From: Camelus dromedarius
Taxonomy: Eukaryota
Assembly: GCF_036321535.1 (NCBI RefSeq)
Contig: NC_087437.1
Location: forward strand, 116,500,001-116,564,000
Direction: 5' to 3'
Length of the DNA stretch: 64,000 bases
The position numbers and the translations under genes were made by a program. Each line of letters opens with the position of its first letter. Position 1 is the first letter of the stretch. This document shows, piece after piece, positions 36,101 to 50,190 of this stretch. A model generated the notes under the pieces. That model was not told where the DNA came from. It did not search any database and worked only from the letters and a program-made list of their open reading frames with translations.

Positions 36101-39100
36101 AGAAAGGCAGCCTGCAGCCACCTGAGAGCAGGTAGGTAAAAGGGCCATGGTGGGAGCGCGCTGAGCTGCCACCAATGGCCTGAGCATCCTCTGGTCCCAC
36201 GGGCCCCAAGGAAGTTTGCCAGACTTCCAGGGTGAGTCAAGCCTGAGAGAAGGAGGCTGGAGGTGTCCTGCGGCGGGAAGAAGCTACAAAGAGGGCGTCA
36301 CAGGTAGACAGACACTGAGCGTCACCCATCACCACGCCACAGAGAGCTGTAGCCCCGGCAAGAGCCCTGAGGAGCCTTCCAGCACACCCCCGGGAGGACA
36401 GCCCCTGTTCCGGACTCAGCCTTCCAACTCACAACGCCCTGGTGAGTAAGCCTTCCAGCAGCCCCTTGCTGGGACGCCCATTCCTGCCCCAGCCCTGGAG
36501 GACCAGAGGCGAAGGTCAGCGGGAAGGAGGCATGAAAGAGGTGGGCCGGGAGATGTAGGGGCGGCCGCAGCCCCAGAGGCCGTTCCAATCCTGAGACGAG
36601 CTCAACATGCCAAGGAAATTTAAAAGGACTGGGCACGGACTTGTCTTTAGACTTATCTAGACTTCTCAGTACTTGAAACCTAGACTGTTAATTAGTACCT
36701 GGAAGTGCCAGGGAAGTCTGGCACCTACGAGACCTGAAACGGGCGTGGAAGGTGCTTTAGACTTGAGCCATGAGTTTGGGAAAAGTAAATCAAGTTCATT
36801 CACTGCATCCTAGTGAGTCCAGTTCATTTGAAACCCAGATGCTCAGCTTTGCACTAGTGAGGTGGACAGCCCTGGGCGGAAAACCTGTAACCCAGCCAGG
36901 TGGGAGGACGTGGGTGAGCCAAGAGTGAGCAACAGCCCACCTGGTCTCTGCAAGAGATGAAGCAAGAAGACATAAAATCAGGGAGGAGTAGGGTCCTCTG
37001 TCGGGGACTGGGCCAAAATGGGAAAAACGCGTCTGGACAAACACTGACAGATCTGTCACTGTTCCAGGCTGATGACACACCCATGCCCCAACCCCCGCCC
37101 CCACCACCCCCCACCTCCCCATCCTGGCTTCAGCTCACCTGGGACTGCAAAGGTAGTGGGTGGAAACGCCTGGATGGGAGAATGGCTGGGCCTCCAGGAA
37201 CTTTGATGACATCAGACTTAGAAGTACTGGCCTGTAGTGGGCCAGGGGCTGGAGGAAATGTCCCACTGTGTAGAGACTTTCAAGTTCATGGCTGGGCTCC
37301 CATTCTCCTTCTGGAAAGGGTGGGTGAGATAGAAAATGTCCCCCAAGGGACAGGATTCGGCTCCAGTGCAGTGTCACAGGGTCTCCACCTGCCCCACAGG
37401 AGGCAGTCCCCCATCTCAACTAGAATGAAAGGGCCCAGATGGGACCTTGGAGTGTCCCCAGCCTAGGTGGCAGCCCATCTCCTGCCAGGACTGTAGGACG
37501 TCATCAGTCCCGCCCACCACCCCTCCCTGCTCTTGAAAGGAATGAGAGCAGGTAAGAGAAGTTCCATTTTATTTGGCCAAGAAATGCTATAATAAGAAAT
37601 CTTAACAAAGATGAAATCATAGCACCAGTTGAAAGCAGAATTAAAGTCAAGAGACACTTCTGGCCGCAATACGCCAAGAGGCTTTTGTTGTTTTGTTTTG
37701 TTTCTGTGTTTATGTTTTAATTGTTTTAGACAACCGGTAACTAATATGGAGTATCTTCTGCAGGTGAGCCAACAGGATGTCAATCTGAGACTCCAGGCCA
37801 TTCCTAAGCTCTGATTGAGCTCATTGAAAATGAAAGGCAGCCCTGGCGATGCCAACGTGCCTGTGTGTCCAGCCCCACTCGGAAATCCTTGGCTCAGAGA
37901 TTCGCGTGGTGTCACTGTTGGGTCTTTTTCATCTCCGATTACAGCAGTCAGGTTTCCAGGGAACAAGAGATGGCCAGAAACATCTCCTCTACCCACACGA
38001 CCTGGGGCTCATTTAGCTTCTACTGTTGGAAGTGATGGACGTCATGTGATTCAGAGCCACTGGATTCCAGAATTGGTCACAGGACCCCCACCCCCACTCC
38101 CCACTCCCAGCAATTCAGATGACAGCACCTAAAACTCAGCAGCCCCATGAGGCAGGAATCCAACCTCACGTTCAGGTAACACCAGCGACGAGGACGCTAA
38201 ATGAAGGCTCAACTGCGAAGGTACCACGGTCCCGAAAGACCTACAGAGTTTTGTAAAGACTAAAAGAAATCGAGGCTAATCTCTTTCAGGACAAGGACAA
38301 TGTACTAAGTTAACTCATGAAGCAATCCAATGCCATACTATTGGACTAGACCTGCTCAATAGGAAAAAAACCACAGAGATGAAGGTAGGGAGGTGAAGAT
38401 GCCAGACAGGTGACAGATAGATAGACACAGAGAATAGACAGATATTGACACTATTTTGAGTTTTCACTGCCAAAGGCTAACCAGAGAACTCCGCAGAGAT
38501 ATGGGAGGACACGGGAGGGCACAGAATCACAGCTAAACATGGTCCCCATACCAGAGGAATTTCCCCCATTTTAATTCTCAGACACCCTGACTCTCCAAGT
38601 CTCTCACCCCCTGGACTTGCTCCCATGAACATTTTACCCCTATTTCTATTTTTATCAATCCTTCTATTTCTGTTTGCCAGCCTTTCCAGTCACCACTTTA
38701 AGGAGAGAGGATAACCATTTTCTCCTGGAATAATCATAGAAGCAACTTTGAAATAAATTCATAGGCATCGAAAAATCAAAAGGAGCAGAAGTCAAAGCCT
38801 AACAAGCACATTTTTAAAAGGAAGTTATTTTTATGAAAAGTATTTTGAACTTGGGAAGACTTTGAAGGTCCTCGAAGCCAATTTCATTGTCTTTCTGAAC
38901 ACGTTTCATCCTGTTATGCGAGCTTGGCATAAACCTCCTGCTTCTTGATTTAATTTCAGTCTTTAACTTTTGACACTTTCATTGCAAATGTAGGAACTTA
39001 AAAAAAAAAAAAAGAACAGCTGTACAAACATTAGGCATGCAAAAATCAAATAATTTTTGATAAATATTGACCTTAAACGGGGAGGAAAGGTGGTGAGGAC

Positions 39101-39713
39101 TGAAAAAGCACCAAGTGATATATTTACGGTAATTTAAATTCACCCTTATCATTAAAATGTTTCACTAAATTATCATATATTATACAAAATTATCATTAAA
39201 AGTGCTTCTGTGTTTCGTAACCAGCAGCCCTGGCAACCACATGGTAAAAGTAAAGCTTACTAACACATTCGTGTGCTGGCTTTGTCATTTTTTCCCTCTT
39301 TTTTCTCTCAAGTCCTTTTGAAGAATATCTTTGAGCACCAGTGATTTGATGCTTAACGTTCAACTCCTTTCAGCAGCTGGAAGTTTCCTGAATAAAACAC
39401 ACGAGCCTTTCATTCCTGAACCTTTAAGATCTGGTGAAAGTCCTCAAAAAATTATATCCAGTTGGAATGAATTTCCTCCTGAGAAGTGAAAGATAAACCA
39501 CATCAAAAAAGCCCTTGAAGCACTTTCTGCCTCTGCTGAGCACAGCTAGCCTCGCCACGGCCGGGGCGGGAGCGCAACTGGGCCATCGAGGCAGGGTGAG
39601 ACCAGACTTATTTCAGGCAGGAGCCCAGGCAAGGTGACATTCAAAATCCTGTGCAGGCCATGGCACCATGCAGTGATGTCAAATCAAGCCAGTTCAAAAA
39701 TGTCACACTTTTA

Positions 39714-40444
39714 GGGTGTGGAGAAAAGGCAACCCTCTTACACTGCTGGTTGGAATGTAATTTGTTGCAGTTACTATGGAAAAAGGTATGGAGATTCCTT
39801 ATAAAACTAAAAACAGAGTTACCCTATGAGCCAGTAATCCCTCTCCTGGGCATATGTCCAGAGGGAACTCTAATTCAAAAAGATACATGCACCCCAATGT
39901 TCATAGCAGCACTATTTATAATAGCCAAGACATGAAAGCATCCTAAGTGTCCCATCAATAAATGACTGGATAAAGAAGTTGTGGTACACATATATACACT
40001 GGAATACTACTCAGCCCTAAAAAAGAATGAAATAATGCCATTTGCAGCAACATGGATGGAACTAGAGATTGTCATACTAAGTGAAGTAAGTCAAAGACAA
40101 ATATATGATATCACTTATATGTGGAATCTTAAAAAAATGACACAAATGAACTTATTTACAAAACAGAAACAGACTCACAAATACAGAAAAGAAACTTATG
40201 GCTACCAAAGGGGAAAGGCAAGGGGAAGGATAAACTAGGAGTTTGGGATTATCAGATACAAATTACTATATACAGAATAGATAAACAACAAGGTCCTACT
40301 ATATAGCATAGGGAATTATAGTAAATAACTTATAATAACCTATAATGAAAAAGAATATATATGTATAACTGAATCACAATACTGTACACCAGGAACTAAC
40401 ACAACATTGTAAATCAACTATACTTCAATTTTTTAAAAAAACTT
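39714..40444 (+). mobile_element. 5'-truncated L1 with ORF2 C-terminus and 3' UTR
   Basis: Translates to [15 protein letters not shown]...IPLLGICPE...CTPMFIAALF and [22 protein letters not shown], with a stop and frameshift; TSD acactttta at 39705-39713 and 40445-40453. Confidence 0.95.
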
Positions 40445-41133
40445 ACACTTTTAATTTATATCCTTGTATCTTAAATAACTTTTCCTTGAGAGGGTATCTC
40501 TGTCACATGAAGAGATCTGAAAGAGGTCCAAATCATATCCTTTTCAACAAAGATGCACATAGAGAAAGATGCCAATGTCTCTAACAGTGGGACTTATCTG
40601 GACATTTTCCAGGATTCTCAAGACAAAATTGTATTAAAACAAACAAACACCAGAGCCATCCTTTGGGGGTTCCTTGCTGCAGGGCTGCTTGGGGAGGCTC
40701 CATCTGTGTGGGAAGTGATGGATTTCAGGCCCACCATTTAAAACAGCCAGGTTTCTCACTGGTCCTACTGAATTAATCAGCTATTTTGCAAGCAAGTATC
40801 ACAAACTCAGAAATCAGTAAGTTCCTCTAGACATCGCCCAGTCTAAGGAACACTTGACCCTGCTCTTGTATCAGGAAAGGTCCCTGATGATGTTTTCAAC
40901 CACCCTTGGAGAAAAAGGAGGAAAAGTGGAAAAAGAGTAATTTTATTCACACAGCTAAGTTACAGTGACTGAAGGTATTTTCCTTTCTTTTGAGATTATA
41001 TCTTTCTTTTTTTTTTTTTTTTGCTCTTAATGTCCTTACTTAAAACAAATTGAAAATCCTGATTCCCTTTATTTTTTTATTTTACTAGTCCTATACATTA
41101 ATATCAAGTCTCCACTCTAAAATGTCTACAGAA

Positions 41134-41233
41134 TTATGACAATTTTATTAGACACCTGAAAACGTTTACCGTTAAATAAATATTTATGACAATTTTATTA
41201 GACACCTGAAAACATTTACCGTTAAATAAATAT
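41134..41233. repeat. Tandem duplication, 2 x 50 bp
   Basis: ttatgacaattttattagacacctgaaaacRtttaccgttaaataaatat twice, with one mismatch. Confidence 0.95.
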
Positions 41234-41412
41234 AAGAAAATACAAAATATTATATACAGTATGATTATGACCAGGAAAGATAATACACAAATGTGATATA
41301 AAATGCAAAATGAAAATAGTTGCATAAGGATGGTGTAATTGGGACAATGTCAAAGTTTTTTAATTTCTTTTTAATATTCTAATAGAATTATCTTTGAAAT
41401 TGAAAGAAGTTT

Positions 41413-41865
41413 CTTTTTAAATTTACTTTTTATTGAAGTATAGTTGGTTTACAATATTTTACTTTCTGGTGTACAATAAAATGATTCAGTTTTTTAGACA
41501 CACACACACACACATTCTTTTTCACATTCTTTTCCACTATGGTTTATTACAAAATATTGAGTCTAGTTCCCTGTGCTGTACAGTAGGACCATGTTGTTTA
41601 TCTATTTTATATACAGTAGTTGTATCTGTTAATCCCAAATTTCTAGCCTACCCCTTCCCTTCCTTTCCCCTTACGGTAACCATAAATTTGTTTCCTATGT
41701 CTGTGAGTCTGTTTCTGTTTTGTAAATAAGTTCATTTGTGTCATATTTTAGATTCCACACATAAGTGGTATCATATGGTATTCAGCTTTCTCTGTCTGAA
41801 TTACTTCACTTAGTATGATCATTTCTAGGTCCATCCATGTTGCTGCAAATGGCACTATTACACTA
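41413..41865 (-). mobile_element. L1 3' end
   Basis: attgaagtatagttg...ttagattccacacataagtg...ccatccatgttgctgcaaatggc; TSD aaagaagttt at 41403-41412 and 41866-41875. Confidence 0.93.
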
Positions 41866-43258
41866 AAAGAAGTTTTGAGTGAATATATATTATTATAATG
41901 AGTAGGAGATCAAAAGACAAATATAAATTCCCTGTCCAAGCACACACACTTCTCTATACTACCGGAGTGTGTCTTTCCAAAAATATTGAAATAAATGTTA
42001 GCTCTCTTATCATTTTCACAATGCATACATAATGATTATTATTTATTGTAACTTATCTAAGTACTAATCCAATTCTCATATCCTTGTTAGGTCCTGAAGA
42101 ACAGCAGAAGCCATACTCAAAGACCCTTCTCTGGTAGGGTCAGCTTGAACAGGAGAGATTTTTTAATCTTCATAAAATTCCTATTAATCTCAAGCCACTA
42201 CAAGATTCACCATCCATTTGCTGTCTTAGTGGGAGTCTGAGATGTTAACCAGAGAGAGTATTTCTTCCCTCTTTTCTTTTCCAATTCTAACTGAAGACTC
42301 TACTTTGGCTTCCCTTAAAACAATCTTCACACTGTACCTGTAGTTAACAGTACTGTACTGCACACTTGAAAAGGTGTTAAACGGATAGGTCTCACGTTAA
42401 CTGTTCTCATAATAACAGTAATACCTTCAGTGCTTAATAAATGAAATCATTTTCTCCAACTGTCCTCCCTTCCAACTTCCTCCTTCCCATAGTTGAAGGT
42501 TTACTCTCTTGCCAAATTCTCAGTTTTTCCTACAAGATGAAGGGCATGATTTTTAATTCCTTCCTTCCTTCTCACTTCTGTCCAGTTTTTAAGCCATCAG
42601 GAAGCCATCAACACTATCCTAATGCTTTCATCACAAATAATAGAAAATTATATAAAGAAAACCCTCTTTGAGTGGTACAGCATCCACTGACATCCGCAGT
42701 TTTAAAAAAATGTTATCTCTTATTGAATACCCCTTGTGTCCCTCAGCTTAACTAGAAGGACAATAAATATTCTTCCTAAAAAGCAATCCTAGGTCACCAC
42801 ATGGCAGACTCCTCTGAGACAGTCAAGGCCCTATTTCCACTACAAGCACACTAAAATGCTATAGAACAAATAACCACCAGCACCCAGCACTCACCACTCA
42901 GAACAAGAACTTGTATAGTAGCCAAGAGCAAAAGGAAGAAAAAGAAATCCTTCAGCTCCAGAATCAATGAGAAAATAAAAGCAAGAGTGGTGAGTGCTAG
43001 CTGAAATCACAGTAACCCATAGGAATTTGAGCCACAAATACAGGTTCTAAGGACTGGAGAGGGTATGGAGATGTCCCAAGGCCCAAGCAGGGACAAAACA
43101 GATAGCTTATGGCCCAGGGGAGGCAGAAGAACTAGAATTGGGACTCTCCCTAGCAAGGAAGCTTGGTAAGTGCCCAAGGCAATGTGCAGGGGGAAAAAAA
43201 AGTTATCTGTGAGAAATCAAAACCACACCTCTGTTATCTGTACAGTGCATACTAGCAT

Positions 43259-43271
43259 TGATAGACAGATG

Positions 43272-43319
<48 letters not shown>
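43259..43319. repeat. (GATA)n tetranucleotide microsatellite
   Basis: Directly visible, about 12 uninterrupted units. Confidence 0.95.
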
Positions 43320-44229
43320 GTGATAGTGTGATAGTGTGATAGACTGATTTATAATCATCAAAACCCCTAGGATTCTGGCAGAAGTTAACAGAAAACCCAC
43401 TCTGTAGGGACACTTTCACATCTTAGTTTATAGTGAAAGAAAAATTAATTTCCACTGAAGATGAGTTCACAAGCAAATATTACGAAGTACATAAGGAAAA
43501 AACTAAAACAAATAGATGTTAGTAGAGGTAGCAGGTGCAAAAAAATGGAAGATAACCACCCCAAACAAGATCAAACCAAAAGAATCTACAAGATAAACTG
43601 AAAATGACTTTTTCAAAAAGTATTTAAGACGGTAACGAAAAGCAGGACAGTATAAACCAATAACAAGCAGAGCTGAAATAACTGAAGATGCCTCCAGAAA
43701 TGAAACACGTAATAGACAATTTTAAAAAGTAACCATTCATAAATGATGGGAAAGTTTGTGAACTACCTAGAAAGTAGGAAGGAGTGAGGCAGACACAGAG
43801 AGAGGGTGTTAAGGAGCATGGATGTTCGAATGCGATGTTCAGCGCCAACCAGGATTTCTATGATGAGTGAACAGTGAAAACTGGGGGTTAAAAAAAAATT
43901 CCAAAGAGATACTTGGGGGGAAATAATGACCAGATTTGAGGAAATCAGTAAGACTTCAGAATAAAAAAGAAAAGAATTCCTGTGCAAAATAAATATAATT
44001 AAATCCACATCTAGTCAGAGAAGGATGAAACATGGAAGACGAAGATGAAGTATTAAAAGTGACCAGAGAACAGAGAAGAGATCATCTATAAAGGAGCCAA
44101 TGCACTGGATACAAGGTTTCCCACCGGCAAGGACAGATGCCACAACACAATGAAACCGTGTGTTCCAGGTGCTGAGGGAAACTGACCGGTAACCTACACG
44201 ACTGTCAGGCAAAGTGATCACTCAAAACC

Positions 44230-44420
44230 CAAGGATAGGTAAACAACAGGGTCCTACTGATGGCACAGGAAACTACCGTCAAGAGCTTGTAATAACCTAT
44301 AACGAAAAACACGTATATACATACGTACAGAACTGAACCACTATGCTGTCTACCAGAAACTAACACAACATTGTAAATTAACTATACTTCAATTTAAAAA
44401 AAAATTTTAATGAAAAAAAG
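44230..44420 (+). mobile_element. Young L1 3' tail nested in the old L1
   Basis: taaacaacagggtcctactg...gcacaggaaacta...aaactaacacaacattgtaaatt...ctatacttcaatt. Confidence 0.88.
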
Positions 44421-45436
44421 AACAAGGGGAATTGAAATGTTGAGGGAAGGACTGAAAGATTTTACTACTCATAGACAACTAAAAAAAGACCTACATACAT
44501 CTTCATGACCAAGGAAATTAAGCCCCAAAGAGGAAAAAAGTTAAATTCAAGAAGCAAAGGCACACGACGTAAATGAGTAAGCAGTTGACAAATCCAGGTA
44601 AACATCAATACAATTAAAAACATGGCAACAATGATCAACTTGAGAAGGACTTGAAAGCAGAGTAGAACTAATGATCATGGCAACAGCAGCACGAGAGGCG
44701 GGAGGCAGGGTGAGAGTCAGATGCTTGCTTTTGTGTGGACAGAGGATAGAGACACTGACTAACTCTGGACTTTGTTAGGTGAGAAGTACTTGTAAAATTG
44801 TAGGAGTAACCCAAACAAAAAATCAGACTAAAATTAGAATACATACATTCCAAAACCAGTAGATGGGGAGAGGAGGAATAAATACATTTGATAAAGTCAG
44901 AAAAGGAGTAAAAACAAGAAGCTCAAAATAAGTTAACAGTAATAAACACAAATATACATGGTAAGTATATTATAAATATGCCTTATATGCCTCATGCTCA
45001 CTTGTCAAAACACAGACATCCTCTTTTGGGGGTTGTTTTTTAAATTGGAGTTGTGTTCTGTTTACAACAGGCAAATCTAAAACATAAATGAACAGGAAAG
45101 TTTAACATAAACTTGTTGGAAAAGATAAACCTGATGCACCAAGAAAGTTTCCACCTGCCACAAAAAGCAGCAATTTTAATATCAGGAAAAGATAGAGTTT
45201 TAAGACAAAAGTCATCAGAAGTAAAGCTGGGCAGTGCTTAATGATAAAAAGGAGTGATTTACTAAGAATATATAAAAATCTAGAAGCTCTCTGCACCCAA
45301 CAAAAGCCCCAACATTGGAAAGCCAAAATTAACAGAATTATAAGGAAAAATAGACAAATCTGTTATAGGTTATAGAAGGAAACTGTCACTTTTTCAAAAA
45401 CTGTTCTATCAAAGAGATAAAAAAAATTAGTATGAA

Positions 45437-46208
45437 TGGTCCTCAGAAGACGTTTTGTGAGAATTTACCCGCCACCAGAGATTTGGTGGCTCAAACACAG
45501 AACTGAGAATGTGGAGGGGTCTGGTAGTCTACATTCTGAAGAGAGATGCGAGGCCTGGGCTTATGAAGCCATGGCTGCAGTGGCCCTGGCCAGTGCACAT
45601 AGGGGCCGCTCGAGGATGCATTTGCTGTGGATGCTGTGGGAGACAGGGAGGCTTGAAGCTTCTTGCTGATACAGAGATGAGCCTGGGAGTCAGGAAGGCT
45701 GCCCATCCCGCAAGACCCGCCAAGGCAAGCGGAGGGAGCCTGGAAGCAATCAGACCAAAAGGGGTCTCCCACTCCAGGGAACCTTGCAGACCACCCCCCA
45801 ACCCCAATACCCTCACGCATGGGCTGCTACCCAGCGGGTCTCGGCAGGACAGCATCAGACAGATAGCGACAGCCAAGCATCTCCTTCAGAAGCAGCCAGA
45901 AAAGTCGTTTCATCCTATACCTGCCCCACACACGGGGGATCCGGAAGCAGGTGGGGAACAAATGACAGACAGACTTCCCCCTCCCTATCCTCGTGCCTGG
46001 CCCTCATGCCTGGGGGGGCCGTTTAGGGAGGAAGGAGAGATAAAACCATGTAAGAGTTTTTAATTAGACTATACCAGACTTTTGTAAATGGCTGAAGGAG
46101 ACTGGAAACTTCTTGAATCTACCAGCAAGTCAGCAAGAAGGGATGTGGAAGAGATTCATCATGAACAAAAGCAGAGGGTGAAAAAAACTGCTGAATGTGC
46201 CTGTTACA
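45437..46208 (+). mobile_element. LTR-like insertion (possibly MamGypLTR group) inside the old L1 endonuclease region
   Basis: About 770 bp of GC-rich sequence separating two collinear L1 pieces; ends gttaca; no clear TSD. Confidence 0.45.
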
Positions 46209-47979
46209 GACAGACTTGAAAACGATCCAGCTAGATCTAACAGGAATGAAAAGGACCCAGCCCCAGATAGAAAAAAACACACTCTTTTCACGGCCAGGTG
46301 GAAGATTCATAAAGACTGAGTAGGCAGCAGGTCCACAAATGCCAAAGAATGAATCCCTCTCTCACCACAACGAAGCAAGATTAGAAATAACAAAAAGACA
46401 TCTCAAAAAAAGGGGGGGGGGCTTTTAAATGAAAACCTAATCAAAATACTGATGAGTCAAAGAAAATTATGAAAACTTATAACTGAACCACCAGAAAAAT
46501 TGTTCTAGGAAGCTACAGATATCAGATCTGCACATACGAATGTGGATAAATCTCAAAACATAATGCTGAGTGGAAAAGCAAACTGTAGAAGAATGTGTAT
46601 GGAATAATACTATTTGTGTAAACATGTTTAATGTGCTAGAATACAGGTGTGTGCACCTGTGTGGATGCGAGCTGGGTGGCATGTGCGTGTAGAGAGTGGA
46701 GACAGGTGAGGAGGTAGAAGACACACCCACTTCTGGCTACCCCCTGGAGGGGGGGGCCGGGACTGGGAAGGGACATACATCAATCACCGACTCCATTTGT
46801 AAGTTGTATCTCTTTCAAAAGAATATGCAGAAAATACAGCTAAGTGTCAGCAAAGGTTAAACTGGGTGAGTGAGTACATAGATTTTTGTTTGTTTCATTA
46901 TGACAGGGCTTTGTGTATTTCAAATACACACAATTAAAGAAGAAAAGCCGTTCTAACTTGCAAAGCTGTTTCTAACACAGCTTCTGCTCCTCTGAGCGCA
47001 GCTCTGGCAGGAACCCTCCGTGTGGGATGGACCAGAAGCCACGATGAAGGATGGGGAGGGAGGGGCGAGTTCACGGGGGTCTGTGATTTGGCACAGCATT
47101 CAAACACACGGCAAGTAACTGAGTGCAGCTAAGGCTTCACTTTCTCCCACCTGCAAGAGCAAAGCTTCCCAGGGAGGAATGAAAACTGGAAGGTTTTTCT
47201 CAACCAGCTGGATTCTGTCAGATCCAAGCTCAGATCCCCGTGGGTGAAGGGCACACCTTCATGGCTGCTGGCAGCTCACAGCCATGCCTGCTTCTGTGTG
47301 ACGGCAACAGTCACCACGCAAAAGCAGCCCGTCCCCGTGGCCTCAGTCTCCCTTCTGCCCAGGTCGACTTGGCTCCCATCCACCCACGTCTCCACCTTCC
47401 TGTTCCTCCATCGTAAACCTGAGCTGAGCAGTATGAGGCTCGCAGGAGGGGGCTGGATTCCTCGAAGTTTCGATGAAAACACAGCATGCAAACCAAGGCA
47501 GGAGATATTGAATTGCAATTGTACCGGCACTTAAGGACAATGAACTTTTGATCCGAACAATCATTCCACTCTGCGGTGTGAGAAAGGAAACCTCAGGAAT
47601 GATACCCGCCTTCCTGCGACCACACAGCGACGTGCCTCTGGGCAGCCTCTCCCGTCCAGCACTGGGTCGTGCACACAGAGCAGGGACAAGCAGGAGGTAG
47701 AGGAGGTCCAAGGAGAGCTTGGAAAAGAGGACGATCATACGGCAGAGGGAAGGAGCTCTAGAGTAAGATGGCTCGAAGAAAAGGCCCTCGTCGCTCTTCC
47801 TCACGGTGCTGCTACCAAAAATCCCCAACACCCAGGAACCACCAAGATGGGCGGAAGGCGGGATACACGTGGATGTGAAACCCCTGACAGCCACTCAGAC
47901 CCAAAACTGCGGCTTCCTCAAGCAGCACACCCAAACCACCTCGGGAAAGTCATATACCGGCCCCCAACCCCCAGGGAAA

Positions 47980-48665
47980 CACCCTGGGCCACGCCACCAC
48001 CATCTCTCATCCAGATTATTCTCTTAGCTTCATGTGTCTTCTGCTTTGGACCAAAAAAAAAAAAAAACCATCCTCATTGGCAACCAGTGTGATCTCGTAA
48101 CAACATGTGTGACAGCATGTCACTTCTGTTGCTCAGAACCCTGAAAGCTGGGCTTCCCGTCCCACAGAGATTAGAAACCAGACTCAAGTCCTCATAGCGG
48201 CCAGTCAGCGTCCTTCACAAGCGGCACCCCCTAGTCTCTCTGACCTCATCCCCAGCCCTCCCCGTCCCTCTATCCAGCCCCTGCCCCCGCTCCTCCCTGC
48301 TCCTCAGTCTTGGAAGGCACCTGCCGGCTGCTCCCTCCGTCTGGAATATCCCTCCCCAGAGAGCAGACCCCTCCTGTGGGTTTTCACCCAGAGGTCACTC
48401 CTCCCCTTGCTGGTCACTATGAAATCCTAACCCTCAATTTTCCCTGCTCCCTGTGCCTGCCTGGTTTTCCTCCTGAGCTCTCATTCCTTCCCAATCAGGC
48501 CCTGTTGCTGTGTGTCTCTTTTTTTTTTCACTGTCTCCCTGGGGAGGATGGACACTTCCGAGGGCAGGGCCCTCAGTCTGCTTTGCTCACGGCTGTATCC
48601 TCAGCATCCAAGAAAGGCCTGGCACAGAGGGAGCACCCAACAGGGATCTGTTAGCTGAGTGGTGA
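47980..48665 (+). mobile_element. L2a 3' region
   Basis: gccaccaccatctctca...catgtcacttctgttgctcagaaccct...gagggcaggg...ttgctcacggctgtatcctcagca...cctggcacagag. Confidence 0.8.
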
Positions 48666-50034
48666 TGCGAGTCTACGACAAAACGTGGGGGGACGAGGGG
48701 GGCAGATTTCAGTTTTGTGGCTTATGAAATTCATGCTAAGCAGGAAAAATAAAGAAGCATTCTGTGTGATACTTCTTTCCTGAGTGAACATGTTAATGTC
48801 TTAAATTTTTTTTAAATAAACTAAATTTAGTTGGAGCCATTTTAAATCATTTTTTGTCAAGTAAGCTATACGTACTCTAGCTCATAAATAGGAAGAATGT
48901 GGGTGACGTTTCCAAGACTGTGGCAAACGCCAGCCATGTGAAAAATCACACAAAATGTCCTGAGGGTCTAGCAACGTCCTGGCTTTGAAGAATTCCACTT
49001 CACAAAACCATAGTCATAAAACGTCTAGAAAAGTTTAAAACACTATTTAAGTGGAACCTTAAAAATGTGCTCAGAAATAACTTTCCGAACTAAAATTCAT
49101 ACCACATTGTTCTCTCATTACTCCTATGACCAATTAAAATATCGACTGATTGATTTAAACTCAATAAAAAAAACAAGGAGTTGTAAATCCAGAGCACTTA
49201 ATGAACAATTTCTTGGATTAAAAAAAAAAGTCTCCTGAAAAGATTGAGTGGAATTAGTTCTCCCACTTTTTTTTCTTTTTCCTTTTTTTTTCTTTTTAGA
49301 AATAACATAATGGGAGTAGCATTTTGATACAGCGTATCAGTAAAACTTGGAGACTTTATTTGGTTATAAAATACTTTCCATTCTCTCTCATCATTCATGG
49401 TGGCTCCTTTATAGAAGGCTTACTTTTCATAAAGCTAAAATCACGTGTAATGTGGGCAGATTCCTTTTACATCAAAAGCATTTGCATCTGCTGGCTTTCC
49501 AGATAAAATCGTTATTCCTCGCTCCAACAAAAAAAAAACAAATCAAACAAAAAAGAGCATCTCACACCTATTAAGTCTTACATGTTCATTTCAGAAATGA
49601 ATGCCCCCTTGCCTTCCTCCATCATCCACTTCAACTGGAGAATTATTTAAATTTTCATGAATAAAAAGATGAAGATGTACAGCAGCTAGGTACCATTACA
49701 GTTATTTGCTCTGACATTTCTAAGCAGCAGATTATGTTTGCAAACCATGCTCACAATTCATGAAAGACATACAAGGGTAACCAGGGAGAACCGCCCCCCC
49801 ACGTCCCAGTTCATCTTGGTTTGCTTGCTGGTTCTTATCAGCAGAAGTGAAATGTCCATTGCGTCCGCTGCATTTCAAGACACAGCTGGGTCAGTGTGGC
49901 AGGGACTCGGAGGTGTCCACTCCAGAGAGCCGGGGACACATTGATCATCTCATTTAAGACTGTTTTGTAAACTCACAAATGAGACCCAGCTGTTAAACTG
50001 CCATGAGTTTAAAAAAGATTAATAGACACATTAA

Positions 50035-50190
50035 TATATTAAAAAAAAATAGATAATAAGGACCTACTGTATATAGCACAGGGACCTATATTCAATTTCT
50101 TGTAATAACATATAATGGAAAAGAATCTGAAAAGAAAATATATACTTATGTATATGTAAAACCGAATCACTCTGCTGTACACCTGAAACT
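50035..50190 (+). mobile_element. L1 3' UTR fragment
   Basis: aaggacctactgtatatagcacaggg...aatggaaaagaatctgaaaa...gaatcactctgctgtacacctgaaact. Confidence 0.88.

Larger units (their letters stand above)
42790..46940 (+). mobile_element. Ancient fragmented L1M (ORF1 remnant, ORF2 endonuclease remnant, 3' UTR) with nested insertions
   Basis: ORF1-like sequence at about 43900-44225, endonuclease-like at about 45100-45435 and 46210-46410, L1ME-type 3' end at about 46520-46940; no intact frame. Confidence 0.65.

Noticed and set aside
41134..41233. Direct repeats as a CRISPR-like array
   Set aside because: Only two adjacent copies with no spacer, in mammalian DNA with no cas genes.
47343..47894. 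183-aa minus-strand ORF
   Set aside because: Non-ATG start, no recognisable motif and no convincing splice signals.
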